64,000 bases of DNA from Flaccisagitta enflata (lineage: Eukaryota), in NCBI GenBank assembly GCA_965153355.1, contig OZ231126.1, positions 11,098,001 to 11,162,000 of the forward strand. Reading direction: 5' to 3'. Below are positions 1 through 12,400 of this stretch, piece after piece (the stretch's first letter is position 1; every line of letters starts with the position of its first letter). Below the pieces are notes generated by a model. The model was given only the letters and a program-made list of their open reading frames with translations. It was not told the DNA's origin and did not search any database. Both the position numbers and the translations under genes were made by a program.

Positions 1-325
1 ACATTTGTAAGTTGATTAGAAATGATTCTATATATAACTTCAACCAGAATCTAAATTGAATAAACTTATGATAACTGAAATTTTGATATTCATCAAAATG
101 TTTTTGAAAATTTTTTATTGGTTTGACGATTATCTTTAAATTTAACAAAAAAAAAACCTCAAAAATTTAAAAAAAAAGCTAGTATCCAGCACTATGTTAA
201 AAAATTTCATTTAGTATCTAGATTAGTAGCTGGTATCCAGATTATTTTTTTACTATCTAAGGCACCTCCATTACTATCCAGAAGTATCCAGATCTAGCTT
301 CTAACTATCCAACTTGGGGCCACTG
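1..325. mobile_element. Partial end of a hAT-like DNA element
   Basis: Clustered TATCCAG/TATCTAG subterminal repeats (180-310) ending in ...GGGGCCACTG (reverse complement CAGTGGCCCC). The other end is outside the window. A similar repeat cluster lies at 59320-59460. Confidence 0.35.
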
Positions 326-2019
326 CATTTTAACCCAGTCGCGGACCCAAACTCTTTCAAGATTTTTACTCTGAAAAATAATCAACTTTGGAGGGGAATC
401 GCAACTTAAACGATAAAGCTACATATCCCAGACTGGTTTCAACTTAAAGAGTTGTTTGAACACTTTAAATTGCGACCAATCTGGGGTTTGTAGCTCAATT
501 TGTTTGTGAGCAGTGGTCTTTCAAAGTTGATGCTCATTTCTAAGCGTGGAAAGTTCTTTATTGTAATTTAGGGTGGATAAAGATGTAAATAACTGAATAG
601 ATAGTAGCTTTTGAGCGTTCTGATCGATGTTATGTGAAGGACAAATGTTAGATTTAGTAATCTGAGAGATCTTATCACAGATTTTTGGTAGTATGAGCCA
701 TTTCAATATATAGCATTTCACTTATCTTTTCATCAAGAAACAAGTGCCAGGAATTGACTGCACAGTGTTTGTTGGTTTTAGTGATTGTATGTTTCTGAAA
801 TTGGTAAAATAGACCAAAAATGAAGTTTTTTGATAATGTCGATATTTTTACGAGCCAATCCATACATCATATGCCATATATGGCCATTTTTTACATTTTC
901 GTCCTACTAGCCTAATTGAATGCAGAAAATTCTGCTTTGTGCCAATTGAACGAGCATGGTCAACTTTATTTACCCTGCAAGTTTCATGCTTCTTCCTATT
1001 CTGGTTATGTGCAGGAAAAGCGAATACATTTTTACATCTCAAGAATTCGTTGACTTCTTCTTTTTCTTTCTTTCTGTCAAGGACAGAACGGATGACAGGA
1101 TGAGCTATATAATTTTTCGTAGAAAATCTTTGCCAACAAATAATATATATATCTACCACTCTTGCAACTTTAATCAAGCGTTCTCGATTTTACAATGTTC
1201 AAAGATGTTTCTACGCGAGGCTAAGGTACTTTTACTGACTTACTACGCTAAAATTACATACGCCATGCAATACTTTCATTTTGCTTTTGCAGCACCTTAA
1301 CGTGGCCGACTATGTTCAAAGCCCATCTGTAGAATGCTGCCACGGCCTGTCGAAGAGAGAATTAGATTAATAAATGAATATCTGTCTTAGTTCGTGTATT
1401 TCTGCGTAATCATGGCAACGAATCAATCACTGAATTAGTCAATTGACATCATTCTTTCAAAACAGCGTTTTGTGTACTTGTCGTAACTAGCTGATGCATG
1501 ATGGATAGGTTGTCTTGATGGATCAACATGTGGATAGATTAACAATAACAGATAGAAAGACGTATAGAAAAGAACAATGCAATTAAGTAAAACGATCTAA
1601 TGCAAAGCTGTGATGTTGCATAGATGAACGCCAGGTCGGGTCATGCGATGCAGTGTCATACTGTGTCAATACCATCATACATGTATGAATCATACCTGTG
1701 ATATCGCGTGTATGGAAGCCATGTCAAATCCTTTTATGCCTTCCTCTGCTAAAGCGGATAGACGCGGAGACACTTTTCTGTTGCGGCCGAAAAGAGACAA
1801 GAAACAAATGAAGTGAAACTCCATCGCGGATTTTCATTTTGGAAAATCGTCCGTTTACTTTCGCTCTATTTTGCATTTTCATTCCATCCACCTTGCATCC
1901 GCTTTGCATCTGTTTTGCAACTACCTAGCATTTACTTCGCATGTGCTGTGCATCTACATTGCATTTAGTTTTCATCTTCCTCACACCCGCTTTGCATTTC
2001 CTGTTATCTAACTTGATCT

Positions 2020-2912
2020 ACCGTGCTTCTGCTTTGCTTCTACCTTGCATCTACCATGCATCTACTTTGCTTCTATCACGCATCTGCTTTGCTTCTACCG
2101 TGCATCTACTTTGCTTCTAACCTGCATCTACCGTGCATCTGCTTTGCTTCTAACTTGCATCTGCTTTGCTTCTACCGTGCATCTGTTTGCTTTTAACTTG
2201 CATCTGCTTTGCTTCTAACCTGCATCTACCATGCATCTGCTTTGCTTCTAACTTGCATCTGCTTTGCTTCTACCGTGCATCTGCTTTGCTTCTAACTTGC
2301 ATCTGCTTTGCTTCTACCGTGCATCTGTTTGCTTCTAACCTGCATCTACCGTGCATCTACCGTGCATCTGCTTTGCTTCTAACTTGCATCTGCTTTGCTT
2401 CTAACTTTCATCTGCTTTGCTTCTACCGTGCATCTGTTTGCCTCTAACCTGCATCTACCATGCATCTGCTTTGCTTCTAACTTGCATCTGCTTTGCTTCT
2501 ACCGTGCATCTACTTTGCTTCTACCTTGCATTTGCTTTGCTTCTACCGTGCATCTGTTTGCTTCTTACCTGCATCTACCGTGCATCTGCTTTGCTTCTAA
2601 CTTGTATCTGCTTTGCCTCTACCGTGCATCTGCTTTGCTTCTAACTTGCATCTGCTTTGCTTCTACCGTGCATCTGTTTGCTTCAAACCTGCATCGCCGT
2701 GTATCTGCTTTGCTTCTAACTTGCATCTGCTTTGCTTCTACCGCGCATCTGCTTTGCTTCTAACCTGTATCTACCATGCATCTGCTTTGCTTCTAACTTT
2801 GCTTCTACCGTGCATCTGTTTGCTTCTAACCTGTATCTACCATGCATCTGCTTTGCTTCTAACTTGCATATGCTTTGCTTCTACTGTGCATCTGTTTGTT
2901 TTTAACTTGCAT
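2020..2912. repeat. ~22-bp minisatellite GCATCTGCTTTGCTTCTA+(CCGT/ACTT/ACCT)
   Basis: Directly visible tandem array. It explains the repetitive ORFs at 2166-3086. Confidence 0.95.
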
Positions 2913-3374
2913 GTACCTGGGATCAACTTCGACGATTTTCGTTCTCATGTTTTCCGTGCCAATTTGGTGCATCTCTTTCTTTATGGATCGCCAACATGTC
3001 AGTTTCTTTACCTATTATGTATCAATGATATATCATACCCTGTCATCAAATACAACTGTAACGAAAGAAATCTTTATTATGCTTAAAGTATTCATGATGA
3101 AGAATTCTGCTTTGCATTATCTGAAAGGAAATAGTCTACCATTTTTTCATGAAAAATTTTAAAGCACTGGTTCAAGCGGTTTGGCTTTCACCTGAATTTC
3201 AAATTTGTTAAGGTTTTCCTTAAAAACACCATTTTTGAATAATTTTTTATAAGATGATTATTCTAAATTCATGCAAATCAAATAAAAATAATTAGATTGG
3301 TAAAAAAAAACAGTTGATACATCAATTTTTTGCATTTTTCTGATTTTTTTTTTTAAATAGAAAAATCAAAGCTA

Positions 3375-3780
3375 CTCTCTTTTTTTTGAGTAAGGACAAA
3401 GTTATAAGGACATGAGGCTGAAATTTGCCCAAAAATTAAGGATATTTTAAGGATAATGGTCAGCCTCAGATTTAGATAAAAAAAAATTTCAGTATAAGTT
3501 TAGATCGTTTCCATATAGGTTTTTCATAAGATTTTCTTATATCACAAAAAGAAATAGTTATTTTTTGCTTTACAATAAACAAATAAATCTTTAAAGAAAT
3601 AAGAATAAATAATGAGTTTTTATTCATACTTCATATTAATCATATCACTGGACATTGGTAACCAGATCTCAAAAAAATATCAAGAACATGGAAAGAACAT
3701 TTCAGCCTGAAATTGACAAAAATTTAAGGACATCCCAGCCTCAGAAAAAATTTACTGGTCCTTATAAAAAGAAAAGAGTG
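3375..3780. mobile_element. MITE with TA TSD
   Basis: ta|CTCTCTTTTTTTTTGAGTAAGGA ... TCCTTATAAAAAGAAAAGAGTG|ta imperfect TIRs, with internal TAAGGA and CAGCCTCAG repeats. Confidence 0.35.
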
Positions 3781-3796
3781 TAACACTCAAATATTT

Positions 3797-3940
3797 TTAG
3801 ATGCGTCATCGCATCTCTATAAGAGGGTCTGTTCATCCGTCGGTCCATCCGTCCGTCCGTCGGTCCGTCCGTCCGTCCGTCCGTTACGCCTCTTCTAATA
3901 TCACGCAGATGACGCATCTAGTTGCCCGATCGGGCTTGTT
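3797..3940 (+). mobile_element. DINE-1/HINE-like element, family C
   Basis: T-run, 5' hairpin AGATGCG-tcat-CGCATCT, (CCGT)n microsatellite, 3' subTIR GACGCATCTA, hairpin GCCCGA-TCGGGC, TTGTT end. Confidence 0.75.
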
Positions 3941-4034
3941 CCTAATCAAATTTGTTCAAACTATAGAAAAATGTAAGCTAACATTCAAATAATTTTCTTA
4001 TTCAAATTTGTTCAAACTATTTCATTCAAATAGG

Positions 4035-4703
4035 TGTTGTGGCCAAACCGTTTCACCTAGAACTTTGAAATTTTGCATAGAAAAATGGTAGATCATGTTC
4101 TTTTAGAAGATACAAAACAGAATTTTTCAATATGATTACTTTACACACAACCAAGGTTTCTTTTGTCACAGTTGGAATTGATCAAAATGGTAGTAATAGT
4201 CGTTACATTTAAAAAAAAAAAACCATTTAATAAACGTTTAATTGATTGCGAGTCAGTAATGCACCGGTGTTAAGCTTAGTGTGAACTACTCTTATATTAG
4301 AGGAAGTTAAATGTAAACAACTAGTTCCGGTCACGATTGCAATGCAATTCTCTCTCTCACGCAAGAGGTATATAAGCCAGACCGACGAAGAGGCCCGCTC
4401 TTATTCATTCAGTCTAAAACCGACTTTTATTCTGCCTCGTTCTGCAACGGAGACAGCCTTTCTAACTCAGCTAATTACGCTAAGCCACGATAGCCACTAG
4501 CTACCAACTGACTATCTTACTAGTCGTCTGAAGAAGCCCGTTCGAGTATCCATTCAATAATTTCAATTGAAAAACAACGATTGGAGAGACAATGAGGATT
4601 TTGATTTTACCTCTACGCCGAGAAGGATGAGAACCGCTCGCAAAACTGTTTGCACTCCCTGCGGCGGACGAACGTAACTGAATACCTGACCAGAGAAACA
4701 ACA
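4035..4703 (+). mobile_element. Possible solo LTR
   Basis: TGTTGT...ACAACA ends, with TATATAAG at 4369 followed by an Inr-like CATTCAGTC. No TSD found and the left boundary is uncertain. Confidence 0.25.
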
Positions 4704-4738
4704 TTTTAATCGCTTCGAAATTTTAGGGCAAATAAAAA

Positions 4739-5130
4739 AACAAGGCCGGATACACGGCCATCAGTTGCGGACGGGTGGGCAGGGGCGGAAATGCGCGTTT
4801 TCTCACTTTTCGACTCGTGGTTACGGACCGACCAACCAACGGACGGACGGACGGACGGACGGACAAAGCCTCTTATAGAGTTGCGTGTCCGCAACTAAAA
4901 ACAGAAACCAACAAAACAAGGCCGGATCCACGGCCACCAGTTGCGGACGGGTGGGCAGGGGCGGAAATGCGCGTTTTCCCACTTTCAGACTCGATCACCT
5001 CTACGGACCGACCGACCAACCAACCGACCAACCGACCAACCAACCGACCGACCAACCGACCGACCGACCGACCGACCAACCGGCCGACGGACGGACAAAG
5101 CCTCTTATAGAGTTGCGTGTCCGCAACTAA
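4739..5130 (-). mobile_element. Two head-to-tail DINE-1/HINE-like elements, family A (4739-4899, 4914-5130)
   Basis: Each copy reads AACAAGGCCGGAT(A/C)CACGGCC, CAGTTGCGGAC subTIR, GACG/GACC microsatellite, then hairpin AGTTGCG-tgtc-CGCAACT and an A-run. Confidence 0.8.
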
Positions 5131-6448
5131 AAAAAAACAAACAAACAAACCAAACATCGCTTACAAAGACCGTATGCACAACCACTAAGAAGTCGAATGC
5201 GGTTTAGCGGGGCGGAAATGCTTTAAAAACAACATCTCCCTTAGTTACTAATGCGCAGATTCTGGAGCGGCGCGTGACGCCGCCATTTTAAAAGAAATGG
5301 AATATTCTACGAGAAGGTTCGAGTCTAGAGCAAAGTTGGCTTCAAAACCTGATTTGCATATTGCAGTGAAAACAACAACACCTTAAGAACAGTTAGAATG
5401 CAAGAAAGCCAATTGCATTTTAAGTTTTAATCGTTATTAGGTATTTTCTTGAGCTCACAAGAGAAAGTTTTTTTTTCAAAAGAAGAACATTCTAGTACAA
5501 AAATCATATTACTGTCGTCAACATTTTTTTTTCTAATTAATTATTTCTTTTTCAACTCAATGTAACAAGAAATAAAACAAGTCTTAACATGTGTAATACC
5601 TCCATTATCAAGACTCAGTCTTCGAATTCTCAAAGCAAACGCAAAATTATTATTGAGTTTGGTACTGACACGGAGGGAGACTACCTGAGGTAGTCAATGA
5701 TGAAGTCTTTGTCGTCTCGAAAAGTGTACCTCGACTATGCATTGAGTGTTCATGGTCATGATTTCCAGTCTCAAATTCTCCAGACTCATGGCCCGCCCGA
5801 GCTTGTCCTCCACGCGCAACATTCGGGCTTTCGTTCTGCATTGTTAGTAAAGTAAGAATGCATTGAGCTCATCTTGATAACTTCCAGTCAATGGATATCT
5901 TTTCGAAATGTCTGTTGTCTCACCATGTGAATCACTGTCATATCCATACTCTTCGGTATGTCCATCTATCAGTCTATCTCCCCGACTCTACCCGTCTATC
6001 AGTCCACTCTAGGATTTAGGCATAGCCGACTTGCAGTCTTGAGCGCATAAACGCATCGATTAATAATGCAGTCAATATTACCGGCGGATGTGGCGCCACC
6101 CTACTATTTGTTTGCCGCGCAGCACAAAATATTCAGCAGAGGCTGCTGCTCCCTTTCCACGTCGGATGATCAAGCTATGGTGTTAACTCGTGCATTTCAA
6201 AATTCGCTAGTTAGCCCCTCAAAAATCGCTAAAATTCGCTAGGTTTCTTTCCTAATTAGCTAGAAATTCGCTAGATTTTCCTTTGCTTACCTGATAACCA
6301 TTAATAAAAAAAAATGATCCATATAACAAGAGTAACATGCCCTTGAAAATGTAAACTGCCACTACTTGATACAATTGGATAGGATTCCATGCATTTATTT
6401 TGAAAAAATTATTCAGCATTCATTGCCAGTTAACCAAAAAATGTGATA

Positions 6449-6594
6449 AAACAAGGCCGGCAATCCAGTCGCGGACGGTTTGGCAGGGGCGGTGCAAAAA
6501 CCGCTCGGCATTCAAAAATGTGACATTCAAAAATGTGACGGACGGACCTACCGACCAACACGGCAAGGTGTGGAGTCGCGTGTCCGCGACTAAA
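6449..6594 (-). mobile_element. HINE-like element, family B
   Basis: AACAAGGCCGG...CAGTCGCGGAC...AGTCGCG-tgtc-CGCGACT-AAAA. Confidence 0.75.
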
Positions 6595-6661
6595 AAGGCA
6601 CAATATGAGTATATGACACAGTGTTGTTGTGTTGTGTCTTTGATAGAAGTGATCGAGACTA

Positions 6662-7066
6662 CAGACAGGACCCTAATAAGGGTGGAGGAGGGACCCAAAG
6701 TGTTACATGCCCCCCTTACAGCTCACATGGTTTAATCAATTTTCACAGTTGCAGTGGCAGTTTGCAATATAGGTGGATACAATTGGCGTCACCATGGCAA
6801 TTTCTCAAATTCCATCTTGAACCCCCCCTAAACCACACCCAAGGCCTGAAAAACCGAGAAAAAATTTTTTCTCAAATTTTGATCTAAAAGTGGTCCAAGG
6901 GGTGGGGTTCAAAGTAGAAATTGAAAAATCGCCAGGGTGGCGCCAATTGTATCCACCTGAGGTGTCAACCCCCACTGCAAATGAGAAAATTGATTGAACC
7001 ATGTGAGCTGTACGGGTGGCATGTAACAATTGGGTCCCTCATCCGCTCTTATTAGGGTCCCGTCTG
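6662..7066. mobile_element. Tc1/mariner-type MITE
   Basis: ta|CAGACAGGACCCTAATAAG ... CTTATTAGGGTCCCGTCTG|ta, with imperfect inverted arms over 100 bp long. Confidence 0.85.
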
Positions 7067-7424
7067 TACTGTGTGATAAAAATGGGTTCGCCAAGACTGT
7101 CCTCAACCTCTTGAAGAATTTGAATCATTTCATCGTCATCATCCTCCTCCTCATTGTTATCACGCTGAGGTCGACTTGTCGAAGCAGCCCCTTGACTGCG
7201 AGCCCGCACATGCTCAATGAGATCATCGACACTAGCTAAAAACCAATTGGTTATCAAAAGTTTCGTTTCCTTTGAATGTGTTCTTATAAGTTTCGACATC
7301 GTCACTGTTAAATGTCGTTGCCGTCATGCCATTTCCATTTCATTTCTACAGTATGCAGCAGACTCTTTGAAAGCGTGCTCTTTGAAATTTGGTTCCTTCT
7401 CAGTCTCAGTTTACATATGTTACT

Positions 7425-7672
7425 GGCATAATTCGAGATTCGCCAGGCCAACTATAAGAAATATGTCCACACTTTGTTACATCAGTATTTTACTGATTCA
7501 TAAAGAAAAATCTATCTATGAGAATTCTAGTACTTTTGTTTAGTTTATGCGCTACAGAAAAAACACTTTGTGATTCCTGAGTTAAAGACAACCCTATGTG
7601 TAAGTGTAAAATCAGTGTGACAGGGCGTGGACATGTTTCTTATAGTTGGCCCGGCGAATCTCGAATTGTGCC
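7425..7672. mobile_element. MITE, ~46-bp TIR, 4-bp TSD TACT (superfamily unclear)
   Basis: tact|GGCATAATTCGAGATTCGCCAGGCCAACTATAAGAAA ... TTTCTTATAGTTGGCCCGGCGAATCTCGAATTGTGCC|tact. Confidence 0.8.
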
Positions 7673-8449
7673 TACTGATATATGCTTCGCGTATTAACAA
7701 AGGATGTATGAATGAACGAATGAATTGATGAGTAAATGAATGAATGAGTGAATGAATGAAAGAATGATAAGACGCACTGAAAATTAAACCCGACGGACTT
7801 ACCCAGAGGACATAGTTACCATTTCCATCACTGATTTTGCTTCAGACAATATATCTGTCTTTTTTTTCTAACCTTGAAATGTTAGATTATAAAGGATCTC
7901 CATTCTGTAATCGCCAAATGAAATGAATGCAAAATGATTGAGAGAAATTCAAATGATAAAGTGCCAAAAAAGTAAAGAAATTTTGCACAATCATCTTGTT
8001 TATGCTTAGACAGAATTACAAATTTGCATAGAAAATCAAAATATCAACAAAATAAGAACATAGCGCGCTCGGTACATGATTTAGGGATCGCGCTAAGTTT
8101 TTATTTTGTTGATATTTTGATTTTTTATGCAAATTTGTAATTCTGTGAAGGTCATGGTAGAAAAACAAATTCAATTTTTCTATGTTTTCTGCCTGTTTTT
8201 CAACCATAAAATGAGAAGTTTGAGGTCAAAACTAGTATGTGAAAATTTATCCATGCAAAATATATGGATTCATAACTTTCTTTAAAACATTCAAGAAAAA
8301 AATTTCAGCTAATTTTGTTTTGTAAAAATTATGATTCATTGGGCATGGGTAACAAATTCTATGCTAATTTTCAGTGCGACATAAGCTCGTAACTTTTTCC
8401 CTTTTTGTAAGAAACAATTTAGTAATTAGATGATGGTTTTGTTCCTCTT

Positions 8450-8599
8450 TTTAGTTGCGGACACGCAACTCTATAAGAGGCTTTGTCCATCCGTCCGTTG
8501 GTTGGTCGGTCCGTAACCATCGAGTCGAAAAGTGGGAAAACGCGCATTTCTGCCCCTTCCCACCCGTCCGCAGCTGATGGCCGTGTATTCGGCCTTGTT
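8450..8599 (+). mobile_element. HINE-like element, family A
   Basis: TAGTTGCGGACACGCAACT...GGCCGTGTATTCGGCCTTGTT. Confidence 0.8.
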
Positions 8600-9468
8600 A
8601 GTCGAGCAATTTCTATGCATCACTGCCCCTGCCTGGCCCCATCACAGCCCCTGCTCTACCATATACAGCTTCTGTCAACCCTAGACCCTTGCGGCAGAGC
8701 ATTTCCGCCACGATTTCGAAGCGATTTCGACGCACCTCCTAATCGCCAGGCGACTTCCGGTTCCAGATGGCGCTAAAACCGCGGATTCCGGTTTCCGGTT
8801 TCTAGTTTTTCAGGGCATTTATCACTTGTTGCTTCTGATACATTGTGCTACTTATACTGTTATACATTGGTTTGAATTGCGCTTTATGTTTTTGATTGAC
8901 TTTAAGAAAACCATTCCCATCGCGTTTTACTTGTATTCAGCAATTTTGTTTCCATTTTTTTTTCTATCTCATTTTTTTTTACGCCAAGGACAATTTAAAA
9001 AAAGGACAAAATGAAAAAGAGAGAGAGAGAGAGAGAGAGAGAACGAGCATCATCCATGAATTGACTGATACAGGTGCAATAGATTTGGTTATCATACAAC
9101 ATGATCACTTGATCACTTGAAGTGTGGTCCATGAAGTCCGGAAGTGCTATTGTTAAGTCGCGAAGTGAGCCAGAGAGAGTCAGAGCGAGTCAGAGAACAT
9201 TTAGAACATTTAGAACATTTAATAGTCCATATTGCAATAAATACAATCGTACAAATGAAAAATCACAGTACTTGGACAATGGTTTGGGAATAAATAAGTT
9301 AATAATTATTCACAGTTTGGATATGTACATTATGCCCTTACATATAAACGTAGGTACAGTTGGTGCCAAGATTCCATCACAACAGTAATTATCATCGTAG
9401 CCGCCAATATATAGAATTCTAAATTCTCTTACGTCTGTCTAGTTACAGCATCTATGTGGGGGGTATCC

Positions 9469-12400
9469 TCATACGGTGTCTTTTACTTGAATCTCATTTT
9501 TTCCATTTTCTATGTTCCATACAGAACGCAAAAGTCGTGATATTTGGCGGATTGTACCAGTTTCTTCAGAATAAACCGCATTAAAATCAATGGAATACCC
9601 CCCGTTGCACAGGTTCACATGTTTCCACCTTTCACACACATTTATCCGGTGGCTTTCATCATCTACTTCATTACATTCCTTACATAAATCCGACCCATAT
9701 TTATTCTTAAAATTCTTTGCGCAATTTAGCATCCCGTATCTTGCCATAATAATAAGTTTTACAGTCTTCTTAGGTGATGTGAAAAGTTCATTATGCTTAT
9801 AATCATGTAGGTCTAAGTCATGCTCCAGTGCCTGAGATATCTTCAGCGTTTTTGTTCGCATCTTTCCCTTTCCTCTACATGAATCAAGAATCATTTTTGA
9901 ATTGAGACACCGCGTCGCGCATTCAACAACATGCCACCATTCACTTTTCTTTTTATGCTTAATTTCTTCTATGGTTAATGAAATTTCGCATTCATCTAAA
10001 ATCTTGACAATGTATGCTCCCCACCCTAAATCATTCCCTATTTGATATAACAAGGATGTTTTATACCAATCTGCATCATCTCTAGACAGTAGAATATGCA
10101 AGTATTTTAATTGTCTGTTAATCACTCTAATTGACATAAACATTGATCTAGTTTCAAAAATTATTGCTGCAGTTGGGGTGGTTATTGGTAGACCCAGAAG
10201 TTTCTTGTAGGCCCAAATCTCCATTTTGTCGAGTTTATTTCTGTCCGTCTTTGTCAGTATCCATGTTTCACAGTTAGTCAGAACTGCTGATATTGTGTAC
10301 GTCTCGTGCAATTGGAGAATTGTTTTTGTGCCCATCCCTTGAAGGACATCAATTTGGGAGCTTGCCAATACTTTTCTCGTTACTGCTTGTAGCTTCATTT
10401 TTCTGTGCTCCAGATTTTTGGCATTTCCTCCATCCGCACTGATGATATCACCTAAATAGGTGTACTGATTGGTGGAGGTGATTTCTGTACTGCCAAGCTT
10501 CCATTTTGTGCTAGGGTCATTCTCTGCGCCAATTTGCATCACTTTGCATTTGTCTGGTCCCCAGCAATGCTTGTGTTTCAATGCAAATTCATTGATGAAC
10601 TCGAGAGTTTTCATTTGCTGCTCATGATTTTCAGCAAAGGAAACTACATCGTCGACCCATTCCAATACTGCCAATAAGATGTCATTTATGTTAATGCCAA
10701 GCTCTGGTTCGTTTTGGAGATCCTCAGCTAGTGTGTCCATTAGCTTAGCAAAGAGGAAAGTCATTATTTTTCCCCCTTGTTTGCCTCCAATTTCTCTCTC
10801 TATTTTCCGCGTTTTGCCATATCTTGTGTGTATCCTCGCAGTAAGATCTGTATTCAACAGCTTTGTGAGTCGCCATATCTTACCTTTAAGACCACTATTC
10901 CATGCTATATATAACATGTCATCTGGGTCCGCATGATCGTAGGCCTTCTGTACATCAAAGAATGTGACAAAGATCTTACGTTTTTGCTTAAGGCAGGTGC
11001 TTATGACTGATCTAAGCAAGAAAACATGATCTCGCGTGGCACTTCCCTTCTTTCCGCCACCTTGAGCTTGTGTAAGTTTGATGACTGATCGCATCCTGTT
11101 GTGAATAATTTCCTCTGGGATCATGGATATAGAACTGGAGACGGTAATTCCACGATGAAATTCCAACTTTTCCTTATCTCCTTTTCCTTTCCATAAGGAG
11201 GAAATTAAGCCTTCATTCCAAAGACTCGGTGCTACTTCATCGAGCCAAAACATTCTAAAAACATGGTAAATGACTTTTGCCATTTCATCTTCGCCATATT
11301 TTAGAATTTCGTTTGGTATGTCTGTCGTGCTTTTGCCATTTTTCTTCTTTTGAATGGCATTTTTTATTTCTGTAAATGTGGGACATTCATTATACTCCTC
11401 GTCATCATGTGAGAAATCTTGCTCGTAAGCGTTTATGGATGATGTGACTATATCATGGTATGGATGGTAAGGAATGTCTTGCTTCTTGAAAAGCCCTTCA
11501 TAGTAACTTGCAGCCCATTCTTTTGAGTCTCTTGGGTCAGTGAGCCTTCGACCATCAGCATCTTTTATTGTTATCCATGATGAGGGAGGTTTTTTATTTC
11601 CGTCTTTTATCTCATTCCAATAAGTTTTTCTGCTTTTATCGCTCATCATTTTTTCAAATTTGTCCTTTATTCTTATTTCTCGTTCTTTTTTTATCAGCTC
11701 TCTTGTTTGTTTCTGCTTATCAATGTATCGCGCCTTCAATTGGTTTTTTGCCTGGTTATCACTTTCTTCTGATATCTCTTTCTTTAATGCGCGTTTTTCT
11801 TCTCTTAATATTTTAACGGATTCACTGAATTTTTCTGGTCTGGAGGTTTTTACTGTCTTTTTTCCAATTGTTCTCGATATGATTTTGCTCAATTCAGAAA
11901 ACCATTTTCCATACCGTTCATCTGTTGACATCTCGGTATTGAAAATCATTTCTTTACTTTTCTGTTCAAAATTTGCAAGCTCATGGACAAATGTATCACG
12001 TGCCTTCTCTGATGGATTTGTATTCCACTTTGAGACTGGTGCAAGCTGATATCGATCAACATTATGGAAGTTCAATGATATGGATATGGTGTTGTGGTCA
12101 GACGCAGCTTTATCACTGTGCATTGTGTATTTTCCTTCTTCATCGATTTCTATGGCTTCAAAAAGATTTTCAGCCTCTTGGCAGGATAAGACAAATTCGA
12201 TAGCAGACTTTTCACTTGGTTTTTTCCTGTTAACGCGCGTGACACTTCCAGCGCATTTTTCTGATAAATTCATATTTACAAGAGGGATTTCTTCTATCAT
12301 GTTGAGTAGGAATTTTCCATTTCTCGACACTTTTTCGCCTAGAATGCCTATTTTAGCGTTGGCATCCATAACAATTATAACATCGCCATTTTGTTTTAAT

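Noticed and set aside
848-1300. Short ORFs here and at 2920-3160, 5650-5841 and 48071-48780 as genes
   Set aside because: No recognisable domains or consistent splice structure.
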